From contig CDLV01000009.1 of the NCBI GenBank assembly GCA_001244265.2, forward strand, positions 558,001 through 622,000: a stretch of DNA of 64,000 bases. Reading direction: 5' to 3'. Positions 50,053 to 63,239 of the stretch are shown here, in pieces. Position numbers and translations under genes: made by a program. The notes under the pieces were generated by a model. That model did not search any database. It saw only the letters and a program-made list of their open reading frames with translations, and was not told the origin of the DNA. The stretch is from Microbotryum violaceum (lineage: Eukaryota). Position 1 is the stretch's first letter. Each line of letters opens with the position of its first letter.

Positions 50053-52089
50053 TTCAAGAAAGCTGGTTGATGTAGTAGGGTGTGTGTCCCGCAAAATGAG
50101 TTATCGACGACGATGCGTGAGTGCAATGTGAGAAGCAACAGAGGAGCGAAGAGCTGCAGAACCGGCGACAAAGCGACATGCTATCAGCGACGGATTACGT
50201 GCTCCTTGAGCTCAGCTCGAGCGAGCTTGCTCATTCAGCGACTCGTCGTCCCAAAATGGGCAACATTGAAAGCAGATTTATCGTGTCTCATAAGATAATG
50301 ATGTCAAGATATACCCATGTTCTGCCTCCAGAAATACGTACAGCCTTCTACAGCAGGCGGATCAACTGTTCTAGTTGAAACGGACTTGAACAGGACGTTT
50401 CGGCTGGTGCCGGGCCAAACTTGCTACGGCCAAGGAGGCTGCCGATCCGATCGGCTTTTCTTTGCCGCTGCACGGCGAGATTAGGATCAGCCCCTATGAA
50501 TATACCTGAGGTCACTGTAGACACGTGACATGCGTAGGGGCTCGCCAGTGCACCGAAGACTTGAGCGCGCGGCGGTTGAAGCTTTGAAGGGCTCGAAGGG
50601 CGCCGCCCGAACAAGCTTCCGTGGCGATCCCTTCCGTTTTGGAACGTGAGCTCGGTACCGCGATTATTCATCAACTCGGATGGGCTGGTGCAAAGTTCAA
50701 GCGACCAGGTGCGAGAATTACTGGTATACCAGTACTTCTCGGCGCAATGCCCGTCCGAAGTTTTACATCTGACTCTGCCTATGCACAATTATTCCAACAC
50801 CAGCTGTGCCGAATTTGTTGGAGCACGGCCCTCGAGCTATTATCTACCACTGCCTGACTGCCCCGCTTCCGACCGACCAGGTTGCAGTGGGAGCTTCGAT
50901 ATTGAGGTCATATGCATGAATTCCCCACAGTCGATTAGTCAAAGTATCATGCATTGAATTCCAGACGACCTGATGAAAAAGGATGGGAAAGAAAGGAGTG
51001 GGAGCGGGACGTTGTTTTGCTGTGCAAGCCCACCCTAGGGGCAAGACATGGGTCTTCGCGGTGGCTTCTGGCCGATAAAAAACTTGCCGGATCGAGAAAT
51101 GGCATGGTTCAGTAGGCCTTCGAGGGGTAAGAGTGGTACCTACATGGTCCTAGGCGGTGATCGTTGGCCCTCGAAAGAGAAAGTAGAGCAAATCTTTCCG
51201 GCAAAGATTACCATGTAGGGGCTCACTCGCGCAGGCGAAGCGAGCGCGCTCATGGAGGCAAAGGGCCCTTCGACTCGTGCAAGGGCGATCATCAGTTTGG
51301 GGATTTTCATATTTATGTAGCTACTCGAATGATTGCCCCACTACTGAACACCTCCATCGAAATGTGCTCTTCATTCTGCCATGTGCGTTTTACGAATCAT
51401 GTAGTTCAAGATCTGCCGACCGCTTCTTCGTCGGCTTGGCGCGTGACATGACGACAGACAGATCGCGTACCTTGAGACGGAACCCGCGGCCGCTCGGCGT
51501 TCGACCGGTCGCCCCATCCCTAACTTGACTGCTTCGTAGATTACTCTGTGACTACTACTAATTACTACTCAGTAGGTGGCCATCGCCGCTGACAGTTTAA
51601 TTCTTGACTTTTAATTTATTCGAGGCGTGGTCGGTGATCACATGGCGTACGACGGCGGGGTAGTACTCGGAGATCTCTGGACTGACTGAATGAGATACTC
51701 ACCATGGGTATTCAGAGGTGGGTCTTGAGGGGCTCGGGGCTCGTAAGAATTCTCATCGAGCAGACCAGAGTCCGGATGTCGACTAGGGGGCAGGAAGATC
51801 AGAATCCCGATTTGTCTGGCGATCTCGTGGTGGCCGCGTCGCCTCAGCCTGCCAGGCTTTGCCGCGTTGAGCCTGAGGATCGCTTCCGTCCGCGCGTGCT
51901 CTCTCGCGTGCGTGCTTGGCCTTCCTGAACGGCCGCTCCCTTCCCGGTCCCCTTCTCCGTCCGTCCTCATCTTCTAGCACCGCGCCGCGAGCTTCCCTTG
52001 CTCTCCAGGTCTCTTGTCATCTCTCGACTACCTACCTATCTACCTACTCGAACCACTCGCCCAACTGCTTGCACTCACACCTACCCTCG

Positions 52090-52498
52090 ATGCAAGTCGC
52101 GACGACGACAACAGAGATCGAGCGATCGCCCTTGCCAGCCAAGAGCGATGCACCGTCGTCGCCCAAAGCCATTGACGTTGCGGCCAGATCCACCGCCGAA
52201 CAGCGCCGCTTCTTCGTCCACCTCAACGACATCTGGGATGATGGCTACGAGGCCGGCACTCAGAGCCAGTCGACGTCTTCTACCTTCTCCTCGACGGCCA
52301 AGTTCGATGGCAAAGGTCGCGCGCTCTCTCGTGATCGTGAGTCGTCGGGTCTCGTCCGTGCCTGCCCATCTCTCGCGATCTGCGGCGTAGTTACTGACCG
52401 ATTGCTTTCTATCCTCGCCAACGCTTTGATTGACAGATGGATCGCGGAACACCAAAGATGCGGATGCGAACAAGGCCGGGTGCTGCACCATCTCATGA
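52090..52498 (+). CDS. Small (102 aa) predicted prenylated protein ending CCTIS; exons 52090-52336 and 52437-52498
   Basis: GTGAGT donor, ACTGAC branch point, GACAG acceptor; in-phase splice gives ...RALSRDHGSRNTKDADANKAGCCTIS*. Confidence 0.65.
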
Positions 52499-54240
52499 TT
52501 GCGCTTCGGAGCGCATGCCATCGCTGGCTCCGCCATCGCTCCTTAGCGCACTCACCGACCGCTGAGGGCAAACTGCTGTGTCGATCGACCGTGCGCCACT
52601 GCAACACGCGATGCCTCCACGGCAGCCGCCCACTATCACAAGAACCTGACCAACTCGCTCGACATCCTGTACGGGTACAAGTCAAGGAAACACGTGCTAG
52701 CGTGGACAGCCTCGCAGGCGCATACCGCCCGTCGCACACCGCCTTCTCCCTCTCCGCCGCCGGGTCTCACCGCTCTTTTACCGGACTAAATCCGTCGCGT
52801 CAAACCTAGACTTGACCGCTCGCAACTTCCACCTCGCATAAATTCGTAGTACCCGCATTTCATGCTCACCCACCTTAGGGTCATGTTGTTGTACCATGTC
52901 AATAATCCCTCGGAATGTATCGATCTCTGCTTCTCCCGCTCTATTCGCTTGTCCCCTCTCCTAGCTGGCGATGACTTTGCAGGGTGCTGACGTGCTGACT
53001 CGCTGAGGGTGGAAGGCGGCTTGCCGAGCTAGCCAGTCAAAGCAGTCATGGGCGATCAAGTCGGCAGCGCCTGTCACCTGATCATCAGGACGACGTCTCA
53101 GCTCGAAACGCTACAAAAGGCTCAGCACTTAGCTACGAGCCACAAATCTGCACGTGCTGACCACCCTGACACCCCGTCTACCCCGAGGTGCCGTCCCCGT
53201 GCCCTACGGTCAACGCTCGTCCGCGGAGCGGAGCGGTGTGAGCCAGCGCGCGAGCCGCGAGCAATCCACTGTAGGAAGGATCGCCCTGGGCACTTGTCTC
53301 ACACGCGTCTCATTCATTGTCGATGGGCGATGGGCGCGCGCGCTGTCGATCGCCGAGCGTTCGGGCCGCGGGTCGTTACGCCTCGCTCCGAGTCCCGGGC
53401 CCTCGCGGGTGTTCATGTCTTTCCGAGGTAGAGACCTACCTATCGCAGATACTGTTCGCAGATCGTAGGCCGCTTTGACCACCTCCGATGAGCCATGGCT
53501 CCCACAGGTTCGAAGAGGCAACCTTGTCAAAACAATCCGCGGGCCGGCTTCGCTCACCGATCGAGCGAACCCATTCAGTCTCTGTGCCCTCTACCCCTTG
53601 CATCCGGTCAAGCGCGACAGATCCGTAGCTCGGTCCGGGTACCTACCTACGTGACACCCCTCGGAAAGGAATCCTTGCCTCGGCGCTCACTCCAGCAGCG
53701 TCACCTCGGGTCCTCGAGCGTTGTCGGCTTTGCGCAATTTCTTCCCGGATCCAGGCCGAGAATAATATTCGACTTGCTACCTGGTCTTCGATTCGCTGAT
53801 TACGCATCTCACGGTGTTGTCCTTTTGCGCATTACAACCAGTTGAGAGACGATGCGTGGGTCCGTTCCGCTTCGTTTGACGGTAGCCCTTGCAGGTGTAC
53901 CGCTTGGCATGGAGGGCTCAGCGCTGAGCTCCTCCGGGCCGAAACTTCTTGCGAGCTCGAACGCATCGAATACGTTTGTACCTGCACTATTACAGTGTTC
54001 GGTGGTGCGTCACTAGATACCCCTCTTTACACCTAGATAAAGACCAAAACATGCTCTCTTCGCCCCCCTTCGCACCCTTCGCCGAGCACACTTCTGGGTT
54101 CCGACGTCCATCGGACATCATCTTGCCAGATTCAGCCGGCAGATCTTGCCTCGGCGCCCGGGTGCGAACCTGTCCACTGTCACACAGCCTCGGACTCAAC
54201 CTCCTTGTATAACCGCTTACCCAAACCTTCCCTCAGCGCG

Positions 54241-55989
54241 ATGGCTCAGATGGTGGACTCGAGCAATGGAACACAGCGATTTGTAATTGGCAAGATCGAT
54301 GGTCAGTGTAGTAGTGGTTTTGTGTGGTGCAGTGTCTCCTCAAACTGACCAGCGCGTCATCGGTCTCGTCGCCCGCTCGCCCTCGACGTTCGACAGCTGG
54401 TATTGCGGTTCTCATATCGGACGTAAGTACACTGTTGTCATACCTTGAACACGGCTCTTTACATCGAGCCGACCTCTTCCGTCTGCAGTCCGTTCACTTG
54501 ATCGAGTTCCCGTCACTGCTACTTCCCGCTGGCGTCGGGCCCGGTTCGATCGTCAACATCGCGTGCACGAGGAACTTTGCCGCGGAGAAGGAAGCCTACG
54601 AATCCTTCTGGAGTCTGCAACGGGACATCTACTCAGAGTTTGGGGCCAAGGAACCCAAGGCGCCGACGCTGCGAGTGCGCAACACCACCCAGACGAGTGT
54701 ACGTTTCCGGTCACATAGCGCTACTTTGAATGGCGTTTCTGAAGAGGAATATAAGGTTGTTCATCGTGTATACATACCTTTGTTGTTGATCACACAGGTC
54801 ACATTAGAATGGGACAAGCTCGAGTTGGCTAGCGCTAAATTGCTGCAGCTTTCCGTATGGCGCAACGGGCAACGGTTGACCACGATTCCGAACCCTCAAA
54901 CCAACACGAGCACCAAACTGTCCGGTCTCGCGCTCGACACCGACTACAACTTCCACCTGGTGCTCAAGACATCGGCAGGTACTTATACGTCCCCGACGGT
55001 CAAGACGCGGACACACACCATCACCGATACCTCGGGCATTTCGGTCTGTTTCGGCCTGATCGAACCGGAAGCCAAGTTGGCCGAGGCCAAGAGTGCTCTT
55101 GCGGCGATGAAGGCCAAGTATTCGGACAAGATCCAGATTGATACGACCCATTTCGTCGCGACGAGTCCGGCGAGTGCGAGCAACCCGACAGGTGGGCCGA
55201 GCGTCGAGTACCAGAAGGCGCTGCAACTGAGCATCGTAGGTCCCACCCCTGACGGACTGCTTTGGTGGACGCGCTTTCCAGTGGCAGCGACACAAACTGA
55301 TCTGAATTATGTACCTCCTCGCATCACAGCCCGTCGTCAGCCCCGAGTGGGTCATCGCATGCCAAAAGGGGCAAACGATGGTGCCCATCTCCAACTATTA
55401 CATCGGCACCGTCAACCACGCCGCGTCCATCTCCTCGGCCCAGCTCGTCACCTCGACAGGCGCTATCCCATCCTCCAAACCTAGCACACGCCGAGCGACA
55501 ACCACCACACCCATCGCTGAAGAGGGGCCGTCCTCGTCCGCACCCGTTCCGGCCGTCGCGCCGACCGCTTCGACGAAGGGGGCTAGTGCGCTCGCGGAAG
55601 AGGAGCCCGAGGGTCCGCCCGGCGATGAGAGAGGCTTGGACGGGATCGTGCCTACGGCCGAAGGGTTGGAGAACCGACGGGTGTCGAACCCCAAACCACC
55701 AAGACTGCACGTTATCGCACCGTCGCAAGATATCGATCCGGCCAAGGTCGATGCGCTCGTATGCGAGACGAGCAAGGTCAAGATTGAGGAAACGGTGGCG
55801 GAAGAGGAAGCGTTGGAGGAACCGGAGAACCCGCCTGATGAGGATGATGCGACCTTTGTTGGGGACGTCAAGCCTGTGGAGGAGGGAAATCCTAATGGGG
55901 AATCAACAAAGGAGGAGGACCCAAAGGCGGGGAATGAGGAGAGCACCTCGGCAAAAGCCAGTGATGGGATGGAGGAGGTTGGACTGTAG
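54241..55989 (+). CDS. CHS5: Exomer subunit Chs5 (CHS5_N, FN3, BRCT, acidic tail)
   Basis: FVIGKID|AGIAVLISD|SVHLIEFPSLLLP...GSIVNI; LRVRNTTQTSVTLEWD; STKLSGLALDTDY; IQIDTTHFV; PVVSPEWV. Confidence 0.95.
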
Positions 55990-56471
55990 GCTGTAGGGCG
56001 GAAGAAGGTGTCGGATCCTTGAATCCCGATATTTTCCTGTTTGCGGTATTTTCACGTAGTTGTCCCCCATGAGAAATACTCACGATCAGATGTTTTTTGA
56101 CGAGCGGCAGTTCAGGAGGAGGAAGCCTGAAGAAAAATCCCGAGCATCGTAATAGCCGAGCCCAGCGCGCTGTGAAAGATCTCGAGTAGCCCTAGGACGT
56201 CGTACCTCTTCCCCACGATTGTCGAGTTCTCGTGTGCAAGCTCTCCGACGGCGGGGGGGCGGGGTGACCCCTGTTCAGCAGGCGCAAAATACTGCATTTA
56301 CCTTGAACCGACCGCCCGAGAGAAGGCTCTGGCCTGCGTTGGCTCGCGGCTGTAGGCGGTTGCTCTTGGGCGCTTGGGGCCGGGCACGATCGATGTCTTG
56401 CGCGAGCTGTTGCGGTTCCACGCTTGGCTCTCCCGCATTCGCACCAGCCTCCGCCGTCGTCGTCGAAAGCC

Positions 56472-57618
56472 ATGTCGTCGCAACCGTTATTACAACGTGC
56501 TCCGAACAAGCGCATCGCCCTGCCTGTGCGAGTGGTATGTTCTACACCTATCCTGCTTTCCCGCCTCCTGTCGCGCCCCTTGCCGTGGCTGCCGTCGGCT
56601 TCAAGAAGCGCCAATCGACGGCCAATCATAAACGTCCGCGGCGCGCAGGAGAGCATGCGCACGTGCTGTTCGTCCTCGTCGAGCTCGTGGAGGCCGTCCG
56701 ATTTCCGCTCGTCGCCCGGCTGCCGGCTGGGCCCTGCGGAGTGATGAACAGCGCAGTTGTGGGATCTGGGGTGCTGATCGACGCCATACCTCCCTGCCTT
56801 CAATAGGAGCCCAAGGTCTTCTTCGCCAACGAGCGAACGTTCCTCTCATGGCTCAAGTGAGTCCGCCGTTGCAGCTCTCGTCGTCGTCGGTGGCCGCTCC
56901 GTCATTGCGAGACCGCTGAAATTGATCCGATGGTGTTCACCTCTACAGTTTTACCGTCGTTCTCGGTGCGTGACCCTCGTTCGATCGAAGAAGCGTTTTC
57001 CTACGTAGGGGTTTTGTGCTCACCCACCGCGGGTTTCCATCCGTCGTCGGACATCTTTGCCTTCTCCGTCGGTTCGCTTGCAGGGGGTCTCGCCGTCGGG
57101 TTGCTCAACTTTGGTGATCGCGTCGGCAAGATCGCTGCGGGCATGTTCACCGTCGTTGGTCAGTCCGTTGTGGGCATTCTTCGTAAAGAGCTGTGGTGAC
57201 TGATCACTTGCGCCTCCCTAATTCATGCCCTGCCGTGCTTTCCCGACACGGATGGGAATTCTCCCCCGAGCAGCCATGTCTATCATGATTTACGCGTAAG
57301 TTTTTGCCTGGCGGATATGGGATCTATCTAACGAGAACTGAATCATTTTAAAATGCCAATTTCTAGTCTGATCACATATCACTGGCGCGCAAACGCGATC
57401 CGCAAGCGTGGTTCGGGCCCTTACGATGACCGACTCGGCCCGACCGTCCTGTGCCTCGCGCTTCTGTCCGCCATCATCATCAACTTTATCCTGCGTGTAC
57501 GTTCCACTCTGAGCCACCGGACGGATCTCGCTTCCGAGTTATTTTGGCCGGGTCTCTATTGAGGCAAATGTCAAAAACTGATTTGTTCTCTATTTCTTTC
57601 CAGTTCACCGCTTCATAG
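56472..57618 (+). CDS. VTC1: Vacuolar transporter chaperone subunit Vtc1
   Basis: [37 protein letters not shown]...[11 protein letters not shown]...[26 protein letters not shown]. Confidence 0.97.
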
Positions 57619-57961
57619 ATATTCCCCTTGCTCTTTTGTTTTTTCTCTTGCAACGCTGTGCCATGTTTCGGATATCGTGTTGTCGTCGTGAGCATTGTAC
57701 TTTTGAGTGCTTTCGGGTTGTTCGGGACGAAGAACTCGAGGAGATGGTTGGGGTCGGGAACGGTTTTCTTTCAAGCTCTTGAACGATAAGACAAAATAGA
57801 TGCCGTTCGAGAGAAGTTTTCTTGTTGTTCGTTTGGGAACATGCGGGGGTACATCAAGTTACAGCGGCCCCACGTCAAGGTATTCCGCCTGAATGACGGT
57901 ACGCGTGGGAAAGTGTTGCAGTGTTAATACATGCATTTCTAAGGGTATGATCTTTGAGCCT

Positions 57962-59001
57962 TTAAATATTGAGTCGCATCGAGTAGGCATCCTGTTCGTT
58001 CGAAACGGAGGCGAAGAATAACAAACAGCATTAGGTGATGAGATATGAGGGGGACGCCCTGGTCGGAGGTGGAAATAAGAGCTTACTTCTCCGTCGGCAT
58101 CTGGATTCGGATGAACACCCGGGCGTACAGGAAAGCGAAACGCGACGAGAAGATGATCAGCTCAATGTTCCTCTCCCCCTTTTTTGCCGAGCATCCCAAA
58201 TTCGCGCTCGAGGGTCCAAAGAAGAGAAGAGAAGAAGAAAAAACTGACAATAACTGCTCTCGATCTCAACGATCTCGAACCCGAGCGTATCCCTGTACAA
58301 ACCCAATGCGGCGCGATTCGTCTTGCGTACGTGTAAAGAGATGTAGGACGCGTTGAAGGTCGACTTCATGGCTTGTTCTGTGGTAAGACGGGAAGGGGGG
58401 GCTGGGAATCAGTTTCCGGGGGAGATGAGGATTTTGACGGGGTTGGGGAGAGACGCACGGGATAATTGCATGAGTTTGTTGGCGAGACCTAATCGCCGGT
58501 AGTTGCGTAAGACCGAAATGGATGTGACGTGACCATGAGGGTCGGTCGTCGTTTCCTCGTCCCTGTAGGAAGTGAAAAGGGACGGGCGAAGATTGTTGGT
58601 GGGCTTTCTCTCGAGGCGAAGAAAGTGGGAGGAGGGGCCAGGGTGCGTACATCTTGGCGAGTATGTAGCCTACGATCCGACCTTTGTGATCCTCCGCTAC
58701 GAACGAGACTTGGGGCCAGGTCAGGGCGTGGTAGAGGTCTACGGGGAACAAGGAGTGAAGAGGGCGCTGAGGGTTGAGCGTCGCTTCAGTCGAGGGATCT
58801 GGCTCTACGGACGGAGCTCACAGTATTTCATTTGGTAATTCTCCGGAAGGTTGTGCAGGTTCGCATTCTGCATCTCCATGAGGTCGGCGACGGTCGCGTG
58901 GCGGACGTTCTGTGGGGCATTCGAGTCGTCGCGTGCAGGGTGAGGAAGAGGGTCCGGGATACTGTGCACCTATCTTGGTCAGGAAAGAATGGACTGACCA
59001 T
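57962..59001 (-). CDS. ARD1: NatA catalytic subunit Ard1/Naa10
   Basis: [30 protein letters not shown]...[28 protein letters not shown]...[19 protein letters not shown]...[21 protein letters not shown]...YYADGE|DAYSMR. Confidence 0.97.
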
Positions 59002-59289
59002 GATGCTCCAATTGCGAGCTGTTGCTGATGCGTAGACCAGGTGAGGATGTGCTGAGCACCAAGAATGAAAGGCGAGCCGCTTCCACTGCGCATCTCGCTG
59101 CTAATAGCGCTAATACTTGGCTAGACTTCGCTGCTATTCAAGTTGGCATTCTCATTCTCATTCGCTTCTCGCGCTTTTTGGCTTCTCCCCACGCGCGCAG
59201 GTCCCGATCACCGGCTTGACCGATTGCCCCGCCGCACGCTCGGTTCTCGAGGAGGAGCTGTAACACACTCCACCCTCACCAATCGAACG

Positions 59290-62200
59290 ATGGCCCCTTC
59301 CTACTCCTCCGAGGGTCCACCCCACCCCTCGACGAGCGGCAAGGACCCCGCGTCGACTCTGGGCGGCATCTCGTCGTCGGCGTCGTTCACGAGCGTGACC
59401 CATGCCCGCTCGTTGCTTACGCTCGACGCGTTCAAGCAGGACAACTTCAACGTCGCCCGACTGGTCGAGAGTCTGATGGAGGACGATGTCAAGCAGGCCA
59501 AAGCTGATGGAGGAGGTGAGTGCGCGTGTCGGTCACGCGACGTGGAAGCTCGACTGTGGGGCTACCGGTGCTGGCTCGATAATGATGGGGGGTTACATGC
59601 TTCAGTAAAGACAGTCCCGGGTTGGAATAATGCGCGATAACTGAGAACGAGGGCACCGAGAGTGAACCATGCGCTGACGATCGTTCACGTCCCACGCACG
59701 CCAGCGTTCGACCCTCAACCCCACATCAAGACACTCGAGCACGCCCTGTCGTTGCTGCTCCCTCTTCGCAAAGCGAACGCGACCAAGACCGCTGAACTCG
59801 AAAAGGCCGTCGCTGCCGCAGAGAGGGCCTACAGGAACGATGTTCGAGGCGCCAAGGCTGGATTCGAAGTTAGTCCTCGAGTCCAGCGACGGGCGGCGAG
59901 CCTTCTTCGGCGTAGGCGTAGGTGGGGTCTGACCCCGTAGACAAATGGCGATACCGAGCAGACCGTCAACACTCAATTCCAGGCCCTCGATTCCAAGATT
60001 ACAAACGTAGGCAGAGGCGCGGTTCGGATAGGTAAGCCGGGTCGATCTCTTACCCGAGGCTCTTCCCTCTAACGTCCCCGTCTCGTCCCATCTCGTCAGG
60101 TGAACAATTGGAGAGCATCGACCGGCTCAGACAACGTGCTTCTGAGGCACACGATCTCATTCTCTACTACAACGAAACAGCTCTGGGAGATACCTCTCGG
60201 TGCGTCTATATACGCATTCAACGTACCATCTCGGCAGCATTGAATCCTCATCTGGCCATAATCTTTCTTCCTCCTCGACAGACTCGAGATCATGCGAAAG
60301 GACGGTGGAAGGGAAGGTCGGGCCAAGGTTGCCGTTGCCGCGAGGCGCTTGATGAGTTTGGCCAGAGAGGTAGAAGGTGTTGACGGGGCCGAACAGGTGA
60401 GCAGTTACCGGTGAGGAGTTGCCGAGGTCGTCGTTCACTGAACCCTAGTGGCTCCGGCAGACCCGAGATACGATCGAAAAGTACTGCGAACGCTTCGAAA
60501 AGGACATGCTCAAGTTGTTTGATCGCTACTATCGCAAAGGAGACCCAAAGGCTATGGCTGTCAGTGCTCCGTCCTTGAAATGCCTCTTCCTCTAGGGAAG
60601 TGCTTTCTGACGTGGTCTCGTTCTGTTCCCGCAGCACTGCGCCAAGACCTTGCAAGACTTCAACGGCGGCCAATCTTGTATACAGATCTACGTCAATCAG
60701 CACGACTTCTTCATCTCAAAGGAGAGGGTTCAAGAGTCTGCAGGGAATCTCGTGGGCGGAGCAATGTGAGTCATACGGACCCCTCGTCCGCGACTTGTAC
60801 TGTGCTGACCAAACTTTCTTTACGGTGGCATACAGTTGGGAGCTTTTGCCAGACCCTGACGCACTCGCACCACGCAATGAGCCGGGCCTGAACAGCCTCT
60901 ATGATGAGATCCGGGTGACGGTTGGGCAAGAGGCTCAAATCATCACCGCCGTGTTTCCGAATCCGCCGATCGTCATGCAGGTATTCTTGCAGCGTGTTTT
61001 TGCCCAAGTCGTGAGTGGTCTTCATGTGTTGTCAAATTGACCGCCACAGAGGTTGAATGAGTGGGATGGCTCACCCACAGATTCAAGCTTACATTGAAAC
61101 GCTCGTGGAAACGGCATCGTCGTCCTCGTCGCTCGCCTACCTCCGAATCCTCCACCTTGCACGATCGACGACCAACGCATTGATCGAGGATCTCAAGGCC
61201 CACGAGTTCTTCCGCGCATCGTCCTCGTCGCTAGCTTCGACGAACGCGACGGTCACAGGCCCCGTCTCGGCGGCGTTCGGTAATCAAGCTGGTGATCGAA
61301 CCTCTGGTCATGGCGCCAACGGAACGTCTATCGTCGTCGGTGCTGGAGCTGTTGGGGTCGCGGCCGTGTCGATGATGCTCGATCAGGCGGTGGAAGAGCT
61401 ATTCGTGCCTTACATGGAGGGGAACCGGTACCTCGACCGGGAAGGGAAGAGTTTGACCGAGCTATATGCAGGTAAACTGCTGCGGTTCACGAACTGGCAT
61501 GTGAGTGTAAGCAACAAACCCCTCTTTGAGTCTAGGTCACTGATGAACTACTTGCGAACGCTTATCAGCGAGCGATGAACAAAGCCAAACCGAGCAACAC
61601 CATCTTGGATCGTATGGTCAACCAGTTGACTGCGGCGGCGAACCAAGCCTCGCAAAACATCGTCCCCGATCGTTCATCGATGCACGAGCACTCGGACCTC
61701 TCTCGACTCGATCGACTGATGAAGCTTTCTGGATTGTCGAACTTGGCCAAGGATAAGATGAAAGACGGCGAGGAGATTCACCCTGAGCAGATGTTTGAGG
61801 AGGGGGATGGCGAGTTGGATCTGGGGGCTGCTGAGAGCATGCTCAAGTGGCATGCTGAGGCGGTCGGGAGGATGGTTGAGCTCTCGGTTCTGGGCGACGT
61901 GTGAGTGTGCCATGAGAGTCCGGTTCGAATTAATGCAAACGCATCATGGCTGACCTGCTTCGATATCGACGATCTGCGCACAGATCCAAGAACGCTTTCA
62001 CCTTGCTCAAGGTCCTCGCCGACTCGTTCGGTAAAGCCTACGTCGAAACCGCTCTCGACACGGCGACGCACCAACTCTCGTCGTACGACGCCAAGACCGA
62101 ACCGGACCTCGGCCCCATGTCCGTCTGTCGCTTGGCCGACATGATCATGCACCTCTGGCAACGCTACATCGCAACGGCGTTGGTACCTCTTGCGGGGACG

Positions 62201-63239
62201 AGTGTGACCGTTCGCCGTGAGATGAATATTTTCAACAATCATGTCTCGGTGAGGATCGAGCAAAAGATCAATACGATCGTGCAGCGCACGACGGACGGTA
62301 AGAACTTTCCGTCTCGGTGTGGCAGAGACGACAAAACTGATGATCTGTCTGCGAACACCGATCAGGTATCGTCTCGTGGTTGTCGCACCTACTATCGAAG
62401 CAAAAGAAGCTCGATTTCAAACCTCGCAACGACAACGAAGCCTTTTCCAAGATCAACACCGAGCCTTGCTTGCTCGTGTGCGATTTCTTGGTCAAGGTTC
62501 GTGAGGCCGCTGTGGCGAGTCTGAGCGGGCGCAATTGCGAGGTGTTCTTGACAGAGGTTGGGGTGACGTTCCATACGTGAGGATCACTTGATGATGCCGT
62601 CTCAATGGCATGTCGTAGCTGACACATGGCGTCTATCGGTTGTGACGCAGATTACTCCTCGAACATCTCAAAAAATTTCCCATCTCCGCGACCGGTGGAC
62701 TGATGCTCACCAAGGATTTGGCCCTGTACCAAGACACCATTACCAGTTTCTCCCTCACACCGCTGAACGACCGCTTCGAGATGCTGCGTCAACTCGGCAA
62801 CGTCTTCATCGTTCAACCCGAGATCCTCAAATCCTACCTCAATGAATCCTACCTCGCACGCATCGAAAATCGTCTCCTGCGGCCCTTCGTCATGATGCGC
62901 ACCGACTTTGGCGACTTCAAGAAGGCGTTCTGGGACAACATCTTTGGGGTCGACGAGAATGCACCGGGTCCTTCGGGAGGGACTGTGTCGATCGAAGCGC
63001 ATAGTGGTCCGACTTCATTCCCAGGGACGAGTGGATCCGGTCTGGCGGCGCCTAATTCGATGGGATGGGTTGGAGCGGGGTCGGCAACGAACAGCTCGTT
63101 GAGTGGGAAGGGCGGGGACGACGTCTTGGGCGCCTTGAAGATGTCAGACTTTGATCTCGGGTTGGATCAAGCTTCTGATGCTACCGCGTCCCACACCGGA
63201 GGCTCAGGTGGACCACCACCTCCTCTGCCACCGAGATGA
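59290..63239 (+). CDS. SEC10: Exocyst subunit Sec10
   Basis: FDPQPHIKTLE; AVRIGEQLESIDRLRQRASEA; IEKYCERFEKDMLKLFDRYY; LQDFNGGQSCIQIYVNQHDFF; LSKQKKLDFKPR; GGLMLTKDLALY; RFEMLRQLGNVFIVQP. Confidence 0.95.

Noticed and set aside
50080-51900. Short ORFs between the Helitron fragment and the CAAX gene
   Set aside because: No recognisable motifs or coherent exon structure.
52800-54200. Short ORFs upstream of CHS5
   Set aside because: No recognisable protein features; treated as intergenic.
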